From an uncultured Solirubrobacteraceae bacterium (GTDB lineage Bacteria > Actinomycetota > Thermoleophilia > Solirubrobacterales > Solirubrobacteraceae), in contig CAVZYR010000003.1 of NCBI GenBank assembly GCA_963779605.1, forward strand, positions 1,011,377-1,075,376: a DNA stretch of 64,000 nt, written 5' to 3'. Made by a program: the position numbers and the translations under genes. Position 1 is the first letter of the stretch, and each line of letters begins with the position of its first letter. Under the pieces are notes generated by a model. The model saw nothing but the letters and a program-made list of their open reading frames with translations, did not search any database and had not been told where the DNA came from. Below are positions 1 to 9,412 of this stretch, piece by piece.

Positions 1-661
1 GCCAGCCCATGTCCGGCGCGCGGCCCTGGTTTCGCTCAGAGTCGATCTGTGCCTTCAGCGCACCATCGGCGAGCGTGATCATGCCCCCCTCGCCGGTGGT
101 GAGCTGCTTGTTGGCATAGAAGCCGAACACCGCCGGATGACCGCGCCCGCCGACGGCGGTGCCGTCCGCGTGGACCGCGCCGAGCGCCTCGCAGGCGTCC
201 TCGACGATCGCAAGGCCGCGGCGCTCGGCGAGCGCCTCGAACGCCGGCATCGCGGCCGGGTAGCCGAAGATGTGAACGGGCAGCAGCGCCTTCGTGCGTG
301 CGCTCACCGCGGCGGCGGCCGCGTCCGGGTCGAGGTTGAGCGTGCGCGCATCGATGTCCGCGAACACCGGCCGCGCGCGCTCATAGCAGGCCGCGTTGGC
401 CGAGGCGACGAACGAGAACGGACTCGTGATCACCTCATCGCCGTCCTCCACGCCCACGGCGCGCAGCGCGAGGTGCAGGCCGGCGGTACCGCTTGAGACG
501 GCGCACGCCCGCGGTGCGCCCACGCGCTCGGCGAATGCCGACTCGAACGCCGCCAGCCGCGGGCCGAGCGAGAGCTGCCCCGAGCGCAGCACCTCCACCA
601 CCGCCCGCTCCTCCTCCTCGCCCAGAACAGGGCGGGCGAGCGGGATCGGCTCAGCGCTCAC
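1..661 (-). CDS. DegT/DnrJ/EryC1/StrS-family PLP aminotransferase (5' part; runs off the left edge)
   Basis: Manual translation from GTG at 661: MSAEPIPLARPVLGEEEERAVVEVLRSGQLSLGP...SSGTAGLHLAL...GDEVITSPFSFVASAN...PVFADID...KALLPVHIFG. It overlaps the cimA stop and is not in the ORF track because it is truncated. Confidence 0.9.
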   Translation of the reverse strand, partial: MSAEPIPLARPVLGEEEERAVVEVLRSGQLSLGPRLAAFESAFAERVGAPRACAVSSGTAGLHLALRAVGVEDGDEVITSPFSFVASANAACYERARPVFADIDARTLNLDPDAAAAAVSARTKALLPVHIFGYPAAMPAFEALAERRGLAIVEDACEALGAVHADGTAVGGRGHPAVFGFYANKQLTTGEGGMITLADGALKAQIDSERNQGRAPDMGW

Positions 662-2285
662 GTATCGATCCAGCTCCCTGCGCGGCCGGTCCCTCGCCGG
701 GGGCCGAGCTGGCCTTGCCGGGCTGCGTGCCGTACTCGAGCGAGTCGACAAGCGCATCCCAGGAGGCCGCGATCAGGTTCTCCGAGACCCCGATCGAGCC
801 CCACACCTGCTGGCCGTCGGAGGCATCGATGAGCACGCGCGTGACCGCCCCCGTGCCCTTCTTCTCATCGAGGATGCGCACCTTGAAGTTGACCAGCTCG
901 ATGTCGCGCAGATGCGGGTGGATCTCGCCGATGGCATCGCGCAGCGCATTGTCGAGCGCGTTCACCGGGCCGTTGCCCTCGGCGGTCCGCACATAGCGCT
1001 CGCCGCCGACCCATATCTTGATCGTGGCCTCGGTGTCGACCTTGCCGTCGGCGCGCTTCTCGACGAGCACGCGCCATGACTCCAGGCGGAAGAGCGGCTC
1101 ATACGAGCCCGCCTCCTTGCGCATGAGCAGCTCGAAGGACCCGTCGGCGGCCTCGAACTGGAAGCCCTCGTGCTCGAGGTCCTTGACGCGCTCGAGCACG
1201 CGCTGCACGAACGCCTCGCCCCGCGCGCCATCGGGCGGCCTGATCTGAGCGTCGGCCGCCTTCTCGGCGATCGTGCCCTTGCCCGAGAGCTCCGAGATGA
1301 GCACGTCGCGGCGGTTGCCCACCGCCCCCGGGTCGGTGTGCTCGAAGGTCTGAGCGTCCGCGCGCACGCCCGCCGCGTGCAGGCCCGCCTTGTGCGCGAA
1401 CGCGTGCTTGCCGACATATGGCTGCGCGGGATCCGGCGAGCGATTCAGAAGCTCATCGACGAAGTGCGCCGTCTCGGTCAGCCGCGCCAGGCGCTCGCTC
1501 GACAGCAATTCCACCCCCATCTTCAGCTGCAGGTCGGCGATGATCGTGATGAGGTTGGCGTTGCCGGTGCGCTCGCCGATGCCGTTGACGGTCCCCTGCA
1601 CCTGTGTGGCGCCGGCTTCGACCGCCGTCAGCGTGTTGGCCACGGCGCAGCCGGAGTCGTCGTGCGTGTGGATGCCGAGGGCCACGCCCGGCAGCCCTTC
1701 GGAGACCACGGCGAAGGCCGTGCGGATCTGCGGAGGCAGCGAGCCTCCGTTGGTGTCGCACAGCACGACGCGCTCGGCTCCCGCCCCGGCGGCGGCCCGC
1801 AGGCAGTCGAGCGCGTACCCGGGGTCGAGAGCGAAGCCGTCGAAGAAGTGCTCCGCGTCGAACAGCACGCGCTTGCCGGCTCCCACGAGGAATGCGACGG
1901 AATCGGCGATCATCGCGAGGTTCTCCTCGCGCGAGACGCGCACGACCTTCTCGACGTGCAGCACCGAGGCCTTGCCCACGAGCGTGCAGGCCGGCGTGAA
2001 CACCTCGGCGAGGATGCGCAGGCCCTCGTCGGCCTCGGCGGCGATGTCACGGCGCCGCGTCATGCCGAAGGCGACTATCTCCGCGACGCTCAGCGACTCG
2101 CCCGCGAGCAGCTCGAACAGCTCCTGCTCCTTGGGGTTGGACGCAGGGAAGCCGGCCTCGATCATGTGCACGCCCAGCTGATCGAGGGCGTGCACCACCC
2201 GCACCTTCTCCTCGGCGGTGAGGCTCAGGCCGCCACCCCCCATGCCGTCGCGCAGGGTCGCGTCGTATAGCTGTATGTCGGGCAT
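651..2285 (-). CDS. cimA: Citramalate synthase (LeuA/CimA family)
   Basis: C-terminal part of ORF 651..2720; real start MPDIQLYDATLRDG at 2285. Motifs DAEHFFDG, LCDTNGG, GIHTHDDSG, GERTGNANL, AEGNGPVNALD. Confidence 0.88.
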   Translation of the reverse strand: MPDIQLYDATLRDGMGGGGLSLTAEEKVRVVHALDQLGVHMIEAGFPASNPKEQELFELLAGESLSVAEIVAFGMTRRRDIAAEADEGLRILAEVFTPACTLVGKASVLHVEKVVRVSREENLAMIADSVAFLVGAGKRVLFDAEHFFDGFALDPGYALDCLRAAAGAGAERVVLCDTNGGSLPPQIRTAFAVVSEGLPGVALGIHTHDDSGCAVANTLTAVEAGATQVQGTVNGIGERTGNANLITIIADLQLKMGVELLSSERLARLTETAHFVDELLNRSPDPAQPYVGKHAFAHKAGLHAAGVRADAQTFEHTDPGAVGNRRDVLISELSGKGTIAEKAADAQIRPPDGARGEAFVQRVLERVKDLEHEGFQFEAADGSFELLMRKEAGSYEPLFRLESWRVLVEKRADGKVDTEATIKIWVGGERYVRTAEGNGPVNALDNALRDAIGEIHPHLRDIELVNFKVRILDEKKGTGAVTRVLIDASDGQQVWGSIGVSENLIAASWDALVDSLEYGTQPGKASSAPGEGPAAQGAGSIRER

Positions 2286-2292
2286 CGCGGGC

Positions 2293-3255
2293 CTAGCCCG
2301 GGGACTCGCCCGTGGGCGTCTGCAGCGCCGGCGCCTGCACGACGTCGAGCCACTCGCGGTAGCGCTCCGAGCGCCCGTGGATGGCGTCGTCGAAGGCCGC
2401 CTGCAGCACGCGCGTGATCTCGCCCGGCTTGCCCGTGCCGATGCGGTGGTCGTCGACCTCGCGCACGGGCACGAGCTCGGCGGCCGTGCCGGACAGGAAC
2501 ATCTCCTCGGCCAGGTACATCTCCGCGCGGGCGATGTTGCGCTCGACGACCTTGTAGCCGAGATCCCGCGCGATCTGCATGATCGAGCGGCGGGTGATTC
2601 CGTCGAGGATCGAGTTGTGCTGGCCCGGCGTTGCGATCTCGCCGTCGCGCACGATGTAGACGTTCTCGCCCGTGCCCTCGCACACGTGGCCGTGGTCGTC
2701 GAGCAGGATCGCCTCGTCATAGCCGGCCTTCAGCGACTCGACCTTGGCGAGCACGCTGTTCAGATACTGACCGGAGGCCTTCGCGTGCGGGATCAGCGAG
2801 TCGGGGCTGATGCGCCGCCACGAGGAGACCTTCGCGCGGACGCCATCGCGCGACCCCTCCTCGCCGAGATAGGCGCCCCACTCCCAGCAGGCGATCGTCA
2901 CGTCCACCGGCGCCTCCAGCGGATTGAGGCCCATCTGACCGTAGCCGCGGTTGACGATCGGGCGGATGTAGCAGGAGCGAAGCCCGTTGCGCGCGACCAG
3001 CTCGAGCGTCGCCGCGCGCAGCTCCTCGGCGGAGTAGGGCACGGGCATGTAGTACAGCTCGGCCGAGCGCAGCAGGCGGTCGATGTGATCGGCGTTGCGG
3101 AACACCGCTGCTCCGAGCTCCCCGTCGTAGCAGCGCATGCTGTCGAACACGCCGGTGCCGTAGTGCAGGCCGTGCGTCAGGACGTGGATCTTGGCGTCCT
3201 CCCAGGCGACGAATTCTCCGTTCATCCAGATGAGGTCGGTGGGCTCCACGTTCAT
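2293..3255 (-). CDS. ilvE: Branched-chain amino acid aminotransferase
   Basis: HVLTHGLHYGTGVFD, HAKASGQY, EGTGEN, ILDGITR, FLSGTAAE. Confidence 0.95.
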   Translation of the reverse strand: MNVEPTDLIWMNGEFVAWEDAKIHVLTHGLHYGTGVFDSMRCYDGELGAAVFRNADHIDRLLRSAELYYMPVPYSAEELRAATLELVARNGLRSCYIRPIVNRGYGQMGLNPLEAPVDVTIACWEWGAYLGEEGSRDGVRAKVSSWRRISPDSLIPHAKASGQYLNSVLAKVESLKAGYDEAILLDDHGHVCEGTGENVYIVRDGEIATPGQHNSILDGITRRSIMQIARDLGYKVVERNIARAEMYLAEEMFLSGTAAELVPVREVDDHRIGTGKPGEITRVLQAAFDDAIHGRSERYREWLDVVQAPALQTPTGESPG

Positions 3256-3263
3256 TGCTCCTG

Positions 3264-4304
3264 TTAGAGGTTCTCCAGCACTGCCTTCGCCGTCTGCTCC
3301 GTGCTCGCCTCTCCTCCCAGATCAGGCGTGCGCAGGCCCCCGGCGAGCACGCGTTCAACCCCCGATTCTACAGCCGCCGCCTCGCTTTCCAAACCCAGAC
3401 CGTGCCTGAGCATCATCGCCGCGGACAGGAACATCGCGAGCGGATTGGCGCGGCCCTGCCCGGCGATGTCCGGCGCCGAGCCGTGCACCGGCTCGAACAT
3501 GCCCGGGCCGCCGCCGCTCAACGACGCGCTCGGCAGCATCCCGATCGAGCCCGTCAGCATGGCGGCCTCATCGGAGAGGATGTCCCCGAACATGTTCTCG
3601 GTGAGGATCGTGTCGAAGCGGCTCGGCGCGGACACGAGCTGCATCGCGGCGTTGTCCACCAGCACGTGCTCGAGCTCGACACCGGGGAACTCCCGCTCGG
3701 CGAGGCCGCTCACGACCTCGCGCCACAGCCGCGAGGTCTCAAGGACGTTTGCCTTGTCTACGCTCGAGATCTTCGGGCTCGAGGATCTCGCTTCGGCGGC
3801 CGCGAACGCCGTGCGCGCGATCCGCTCGATCTCCTCGGTGGTGTAGGAGCAGACATCCGAGGCCGAGGTGGCGGTGCGGGTCTTCTCGCCGAAGTAGATG
3901 CCGCCTGTGAGCTCGCGCACGACAAGCAGGTCGGTGCCCTCGATCCGCTCGCGGCGCAGCGGCGAGGCGTCATACAGCGCGGGCAGCGGCTTGACCGGCC
4001 GCAGGTTGGCATAAAGGCCGAGCCCCTTGCGCAGGCCGAGCAGCCCCTGCTCCGGGCGCGGCTTGGCCGGGTCGGTCGTGTCCCACTTCGGACCACCCAC
4101 GGCTGCCAGCAGCACCGCGTCCGAGCGCCGGCAATCGGACAGGACCTCATCGGTCAGCGCCACCCCGTAAACGTCGATGGAGGCACCGCCGAACAGGTGC
4201 TCCTGAAACTCGAAGTCACCCACCGCTTCGAGCACCTCGAGCGTCGGCTCCATGATCTCTGGGCCGATGCCGTCGCCGGGCAGGGTGGCGATGAGGTGGG
4301 TCAT
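3264..4304 (-). CDS. leuB: 3-isopropylmalate dehydrogenase
   Basis: LPGDGIGPEI, RPEQGLLGLRK, VRELTGGIYFG, VDKANVL, ENMFGDILSDE, EPVHGSAPDIAG. Confidence 0.96.
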   Translation of the reverse strand: MTHLIATLPGDGIGPEIMEPTLEVLEAVGDFEFQEHLFGGASIDVYGVALTDEVLSDCRRSDAVLLAAVGGPKWDTTDPAKPRPEQGLLGLRKGLGLYANLRPVKPLPALYDASPLRRERIEGTDLLVVRELTGGIYFGEKTRTATSASDVCSYTTEEIERIARTAFAAAEARSSSPKISSVDKANVLETSRLWREVVSGLAEREFPGVELEHVLVDNAAMQLVSAPSRFDTILTENMFGDILSDEAAMLTGSIGMLPSASLSGGGPGMFEPVHGSAPDIAGQGRANPLAMFLSAAMMLRHGLGLESEAAAVESGVERVLAGGLRTPDLGGEASTEQTAKAVLENL

Positions 4305-4350
4305 GGCGCGCGACGCTACCAGGACCGCTGCGCGATCAGCCCGGGCGCCC

Positions 4351-4911
4351 TCACAGCGCGGTTGTCACCGGCCCGCTGCGCTGGCGTTCGCGCTCGTAGC
4401 TCTCGATCTCGCCGGACTGCTTGAGCGTCAGCGCGATGTCGTCGAGACCGTCGAGCAGGCGGTGGCGGATCTCGTGGTCGATCTCGAACGCGACCTGGCG
4501 GTCGGCGAAGCGAACCTCCTGCTCGCGCAGGTCGACCTGACCGTGGCCCGCTCTGGCCAGCGCCCGGCAGTCCTCCTCGGAGAGCACCACCGGGAGCAGC
4601 CCGATCTTGGTGCAGTTGGAGTAGAAGATGTCCGCGAACGACGGCGCGACGATCGCCTGGAAGCCGTAGTCCTGAAGGCCCCAGGGTGCGTGCTCGCGCG
4701 AGGAGCCGCAGCCGAAGTTCTCGCCGGCGACGAGGATCGGGTTGGGCGGCAGGTCCCAGTCGGGCTCCTTCGCCCAGTCGTAGAAGAGGAACTCTCCGAA
4801 GCCGGTGCGCTCGACGCGCTTCAGAAACTGCTTGGGCATGATCTGATCGGTGTCCACGTCGGCTCGGTCGAGGTGGCTGACGGGCCCGCTGATGGTCTCA
4901 ATCGCCTTCAT
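4351..4911 (-). CDS. leuD: 3-isopropylmalate dehydratase small subunit
   Basis: DVDTDQIMPKQFL, NFGCGSSREHAPW, SFADIFYSNC. Confidence 0.96.
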   Translation of the reverse strand: MKAIETISGPVSHLDRADVDTDQIMPKQFLKRVERTGFGEFLFYDWAKEPDWDLPPNPILVAGENFGCGSSREHAPWGLQDYGFQAIVAPSFADIFYSNCTKIGLLPVVLSEEDCRALARAGHGQVDLREQEVRFADRQVAFEIDHEIRHRLLDGLDDIALTLKQSGEIESYERERQRSGPVTTAL

Positions 4912-4914
4912 TGA

Positions 4915-6321
4915 TCAGCTCCAGTCTCGGATGTCGGTGAAGTGCCCCTCGATGGCCGCGGCGGCGGCCATCTGCGGCGAGACGAGATGGGTGCGCCCAC
5001 CGCGGCCCTGACGGCCCTCGAAGTTGCGGTTGGACGTGGACGCGCAGCGCTCCCCCGGCTTGAGGATGTCGGGGTTCATGCCCAGGCACATCGAGCATCC
5101 GGCCACGCGCCAGTCGAAGCCGGCGTCGCGGAAGATGTGATCGAGGCCCTCGGCCTCGGCCTGGGCCTTGACCTGCTGGGAGCCGGGCACGACCATCGCG
5201 TTGACGGTCGCGGCGACTCTGCGACCGGCGACGACCTCCGCGGCGGCACGCAGGTCGCCGATGCGCGAGTTGGTGCAGGAGCCGATGAACACGCGGTCGA
5301 TCTCGATCTGCTCGATCGGCGTGCCCGGCTCGAGCGCCATGTAGTGCAGCGCCCGTTCGGTCGCCTCGCGGTCGGCGGGGGTGTCGAAGTCATCGGGCGA
5401 GGGCACGCTGTCGGTGACCGAGCGGACCATCCCGGGGTTGGTGCCCCAGGTGACCTGGGGAGAGATGGCGGCGGCGTCGATCACGACGTCGGTGTCGAAC
5501 TCCGCGCCGTCGTCCGTGCGCAGCGTGCGCCACTGCTCGATCGCGGCGTCGAGCTCGGCGCCCTTCGGCGCACCGGGACGCTCCACCTCTGAAAACCACG
5601 CGAACGTCGTCTGGTCGGGGGCGATCATGCCCGCGCGCCCGCCGCCCTCGATGGTCATGTTGCAGACCGTCATCCGGCCCTCCATCGACAGCGCCTCGAT
5701 CGCCGGCCCCGAGTACTCGACGACGTGGCCGGTCAGCCCGCCCACGCCCAGCTGCCCGAGGGTGCCGAGGATGAGGTCCTTGGCGGTGACGCCAAAGCCG
5801 AGCTCGCCCTCGTAGCGGATGCGCATCGAGCGCGGCTTGTTTTGGACCATGCACTGCGTTGCCAGCACGTGCTCGACCTCGCTCGTGCCGATGCCGAAGG
5901 CGAGCGCGCCGAAGGCGCCGTGCGTCGATGTGTGCGAGTCCCCGCAGACGATCGTCATGCCGGGCTGGGTGACGCCGAGCTCGGGACCGATCACGTGCAC
6001 GATGCCCTGGCGCTCGGAGCCCAGCGAGTAGACGGGGATGGCGAACTCCTCGCAGTTGCGCTCGAGCGTTTCGACCTGAACGCGCGAAAGCTCGTCCTTG
6101 ATACGTGCCGCCACGGGCGTGCCGTCGGTCGGCGTGTTGTGGTCGGCCGTCGCCAGCGTGCGATCCGGGCGGCGCACGGCGCGGCCGGCCAGCCGCAGCC
6201 CGTCGAATGCCTGCGGGCTCGTCACCTCATGGACGAGGTGCAGGTCGACGTAGAGGAGGTTGGGCGGGCCCGAATCAACCTCGTGGGCCTCCCAGATCTT
6301 GTCGAACATCGTGTTTGGCAT
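4915..6321 (-). CDS. leuC: 3-isopropylmalate dehydratase large subunit
   Basis: [55 protein letters not shown]. Confidence 0.97.
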   Translation of the reverse strand: MPNTMFDKIWEAHEVDSGPPNLLYVDLHLVHEVTSPQAFDGLRLAGRAVRRPDRTLATADHNTPTDGTPVAARIKDELSRVQVETLERNCEEFAIPVYSLGSERQGIVHVIGPELGVTQPGMTIVCGDSHTSTHGAFGALAFGIGTSEVEHVLATQCMVQNKPRSMRIRYEGELGFGVTAKDLILGTLGQLGVGGLTGHVVEYSGPAIEALSMEGRMTVCNMTIEGGGRAGMIAPDQTTFAWFSEVERPGAPKGAELDAAIEQWRTLRTDDGAEFDTDVVIDAAAISPQVTWGTNPGMVRSVTDSVPSPDDFDTPADREATERALHYMALEPGTPIEQIEIDRVFIGSCTNSRIGDLRAAAEVVAGRRVAATVNAMVVPGSQQVKAQAEAEGLDHIFRDAGFDWRVAGCSMCLGMNPDILKPGERCASTSNRNFEGRQGRGGRTHLVSPQMAAAAAIEGHFTDIRDWS

Positions 6322-6987
6322 CTAGCTTCTCCTCAGTCCCGCGGAGACGACCGCCAGCAAGGCCGCCTCCTTCGTCGTGGGGTTCTCGAAATGGTGGGGC
6401 AGGTCGGCGTCGAAGGTGACGCAGTCGCCCTCGCTCAGCTCGTGTCGCTCGGCGTCGCACACGAGCACCACCGAGCCGCGCTCGACGAGCGCCGTCTCGC
6501 GGCTTCCGGGCTCGTGCATCGGGGGGTCATCGGCGGCGCCCGTGGCGCCGCCGGGAGCGAGCGTGTGACGCGACAGCTCGGCGCGCTGGCCGGGCTGGGA
6601 GGAGGTCATCACCTCGAACTGATGCCCGCGGCGCCTGTTCCCCCCGCGCTGGCGCTCGTCGGCCCTGACGATCGTCACCGCTCCGTCCTCGTCCAGGCGC
6701 AGAAGCTGCGACAGCCGCAGCTCGAGCCCAGCGGCGATGCGGTTGGCCACGGTCAGCGTCGGGCTGGTCTCGCCGCGCTCGACCTGGGAGAGCATCGGAG
6801 CGCTCACCCCGGAGCGAACCGCCAGATCGCGCAGCGACAGCGATGAGGCCTCACGCAGAGCCTTGACCCGCGCCCCGATGACGACGGGGTCAAGCGGGTC
6901 CACTCGAGGGACGGCTGCGGACTCCCCGCGCGGCGCACGCGTGCTCGGCTCGGCCCTCTTCCGCTTGGGAGGAGTCTGGACTGGCAT
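6322..6987 (-). CDS. XRE-family HTH transcriptional regulator with C-terminal cupin domain
   Basis: N-terminal HTH (LSLRDLAVRSGVSAPMLSQVERGETSPTL) and cupin motifs (HEPGSRE, GDCVTFDADLPHHFEN). Start taken at ATG 6987 (MPVQTP); the stop abuts the leuC ATG. Confidence 0.88.
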   Translation of the reverse strand: MPVQTPPKRKRAEPSTRAPRGESAAVPRVDPLDPVVIGARVKALREASSLSLRDLAVRSGVSAPMLSQVERGETSPTLTVANRIAAGLELRLSQLLRLDEDGAVTIVRADERQRGGNRRRGHQFEVMTSSQPGQRAELSRHTLAPGGATGAADDPPMHEPGSRETALVERGSVVLVCDAERHELSEGDCVTFDADLPHHFENPTTKEAALLAVVSAGLRRS

Positions 6988-7003
6988 CGTACGAACGTAC
7001 GTT
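6988..7003 (-). promoter_or_regulatory. Leaderless -10 (TACGTT) embedded in a palindromic operator-like site
   Basis: CGTACG-AA-CGTACG-TT lies immediately upstream of the XRE ATG; AACGTACGTT (6994-7003) is a perfect palindrome. Confidence 0.45.
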
Positions 7004-7129
7004 ATCACAGACAAGCCGGCGAGGAGATATGGTCGCCCGGCACACCCCACCGTAGGCCGGGCGGTCCCGGTTCACAACTTCACCAAGTCGTGAGACACAC
7101 GGTCTTTGCCGTGAGAGAGAGGAGCAGCA

Positions 7130-7390
7130 ATGCCAACACTCATCGGATTCCACGAGGTTGACGACGTCGAGCACTGGGCCAGCTCACCAAAGCGAGAGGA
7201 CGTGTTCGGACCCATGGGAATCAGCGTGCGCACGTTCCGCGACCCGGACGGCTCCAATCGGGTCGGATTGCTTCTGGACGTCCCCGACATGGCCGCCTTC
7301 GAGCAGTTCATGCAGTCTGATGCGGCCGCCGAGGCGATGAAGTCCGACGGCGTTCGGGCAGACACGCTCGTGATACTCGCCGAGGCGTAG
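7130..7390 (+). CDS. Small hypothetical protein (possible dimeric alpha/beta-barrel fold)
   Basis: 86-aa ORF with a GAGAGGAG RBS and host-like codons; pattern FHEVDDVEHW...FRDPDGSNRV...AFEQFMQS. Confidence 0.75.
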   Translation: MPTLIGFHEVDDVEHWASSPKREDVFGPMGISVRTFRDPDGSNRVGLLLDVPDMAAFEQFMQSDAAAEAMKSDGVRADTLVILAEA

Positions 7391-7510
7391 GTACCTGCTC
7401 ATCGCCGCCCGGCTCGAGGGCCGGACGGCGATGAGGACCGCGGTCGAAGGCGTGCCAAGTCCGTGGCCCGCCCGCGACAGCGACGGGCCGGCCACGAAAT
7501 CATCAGAGAC

Positions 7511-9121
7511 TCAGGGGCCTGCGGCCTCGGGCAGGCCGATCGCCTCACCGGCGCGCGACCGTGCGACAGCCACCGACAGCGCCCGCACGTACGCGCGCGC
7601 GGCCGCGTCGATGATGTCCGTCGACACCCCCTGGCCGGCGCCGGTGTAGGAGTCGACCTCGACCACGACCGAGACCTCGCCGAGCGCATCCTGGCCCTCG
7701 GTCACGGCCCCGATCACGAAGTCGGAGAGTTTCGCGCCCACCCCCGTGGCCGCGTCGATCGCCTGGAAGACCGCGTCGATCGGCCCGTCCCCGGTGAACG
7801 TGCCTTCAGCCGAGGAGTCATCCGGCAGCGTCACCGACACGCGCGCGTGCGCGGCGCGCCGCGAGGAGGCCTCGACCTCGAACCACTCGAGCGTGTAGCC
7901 GGGGATCTCCTCGCGCAGCTCGTCGGTCACGAGCGCCTCCAGGTCCATGGCCGTGACGTGTTTCTTGCGGTCGGCGATCTCCTTGAAGCGCTTGAACGCC
8001 GTGTTCAGGGCCTGGCCGTCGAGCTCGAAGCCCATCTCCTCGAGCGCTTTGTGCAGCGCATGGCGACCGGAGTGCTTGCCCAGCACGATCGAGTTGCTCT
8101 GCAGGCCGACGGTCGTCGCGTCCATGATCTCGTAGGTCGTGCGCTCCTTCAGCACGCCGTCCTGGTGGATGCCGGCCTCGTGCGCGAACGCGTTGCGACC
8201 GACGATCGCCTTGTTCGGCTGCACCTGGTATCCAGTCAGCCGCGAGACGAGCCGGCTCGTGCGCGCGATCTCGGTCGTGTCGACTCCGGTCCACAGCGAC
8301 AGGCTCGGCGCGCGCGTGCGCAGCAGCATCACGATCTCCTCGAGCGAGGCGTTGCCCGCCCGCTCGCCGATGCCATTCATGGCGCACTCGACCTGACGGC
8401 ATCCCGCCTGCACGCCCGCCAGCGAGTTGGCCACCGCCAGGCCGAGGTCGTCGTGGCAGTGCACTGACACCGTCACGTCCGCCAGCCCCGGCAGCAGCCG
8501 GTAGAGCTGCTCGAACATCGCCGCGTACTCCAGCGGCATCGTGTAGCCGACCGTGTCGGGCACGTTGATCGTGCTCGCGCCCTCGTCGAGCGCGATCTGG
8601 ATCACCTCGGCCATGTAATCGACGTCCGAGCGCGAGCCGTCCTCGGGCGAGAACTCGACGTCGTCGGTGTACTCGCGCGCGTGCGCCACCGCCGCGCGGA
8701 CCTGGCCCTTGACGTCGTCGCGGGTGGTCTGCAGCTTGCGCTCGATGTGGATGTCGCTGGTGGCGATGAACGTGTGGATACGTGGGCGCTCGGAGTCCTT
8801 CACCGCATGCCACGCCGCGTCGATGTCCTGCTTTGAGGTGCGGGCAAGACCGCAGATGACCGGCCCCTCCACCTCTCGCGCGATCGCCTGGACCGATTCC
8901 GAGTCACCCGGCGAGGTGATCGGGAAGCCGGCCTCGATCACGTCCACTCCGAGGCGCGCGAGCTGGTGGGCGATCTCGAGCTTCTCCTGCTTGTTCAGCG
9001 ATATTCCCGGCGACTGCTCGCCGTCGCGCAGGGTCGTGTCGAAGATCAGGACTCGCTGCGAGTCCTCGCGATCCGTCGCTGCTGCTGCGCCGTTGCCGGT
9101 GGATCCGTCGTCAGTGCTCAT
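7511..9121 (-). CDS. leuA: 2-isopropylmalate synthase
   Basis: IFDTTLRDGEQSPG, FSPEDGSR, PDTVGY, SVHCHDDLGLAVAN, GIGERAGNA, AHEAGIHQDG and a C-terminal regulatory domain. Confidence 0.96.
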   Translation of the reverse strand: MSTDDGSTGNGAAAATDREDSQRVLIFDTTLRDGEQSPGISLNKQEKLEIAHQLARLGVDVIEAGFPITSPGDSESVQAIAREVEGPVICGLARTSKQDIDAAWHAVKDSERPRIHTFIATSDIHIERKLQTTRDDVKGQVRAAVAHAREYTDDVEFSPEDGSRSDVDYMAEVIQIALDEGASTINVPDTVGYTMPLEYAAMFEQLYRLLPGLADVTVSVHCHDDLGLAVANSLAGVQAGCRQVECAMNGIGERAGNASLEEIVMLLRTRAPSLSLWTGVDTTEIARTSRLVSRLTGYQVQPNKAIVGRNAFAHEAGIHQDGVLKERTTYEIMDATTVGLQSNSIVLGKHSGRHALHKALEEMGFELDGQALNTAFKRFKEIADRKKHVTAMDLEALVTDELREEIPGYTLEWFEVEASSRRAAHARVSVTLPDDSSAEGTFTGDGPIDAVFQAIDAATGVGAKLSDFVIGAVTEGQDALGEVSVVVEVDSYTGAGQGVSTDIIDAAARAYVRALSVAVARSRAGEAIGLPEAAGP

Positions 9122-9194
9122 GTCGTTCGTGCTCCTTCTCTGTCTCGTTCACACATCCTCTCTGCTGGGTATGCGGCTACGCGGCCGCCACGCG

Positions 9195-9251
9195 CTATTC
9201 CCCCCGAGGGGGGAGCAGGAGAAGGTTGAGAAGCGAGATCTGAAACGACAT
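9195..9251 (-). CDS. Leucine-rich leader peptide of leuA (MSFQISLLNLLLLPPRGE)
   Basis: Manually read 18-codon ORF with 6 Leu codons in a 7-codon stretch, ending 73 nt upstream of leuA; -10-like TAACCT 9 nt before its ATG. Confidence 0.8.
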   Translation of the reverse strand: MSFQISLLNLLLLPPRGE

Positions 9252-9412
9252 CTGCGGGCAAGGTTAGCACCCGCCCGCGCGGCCGCATGCGCCGGGCGCC
9301 CTCGGTTATGCTCGGCAATGCGCAGGGCCCCCGGTGGCGCCCTGACGCTCACAGCGCCCGTGCGCCGATGCGCGCAGCGGCGTCGCGGATCACGAGGAAA
9401 GGAAGGCAGACC

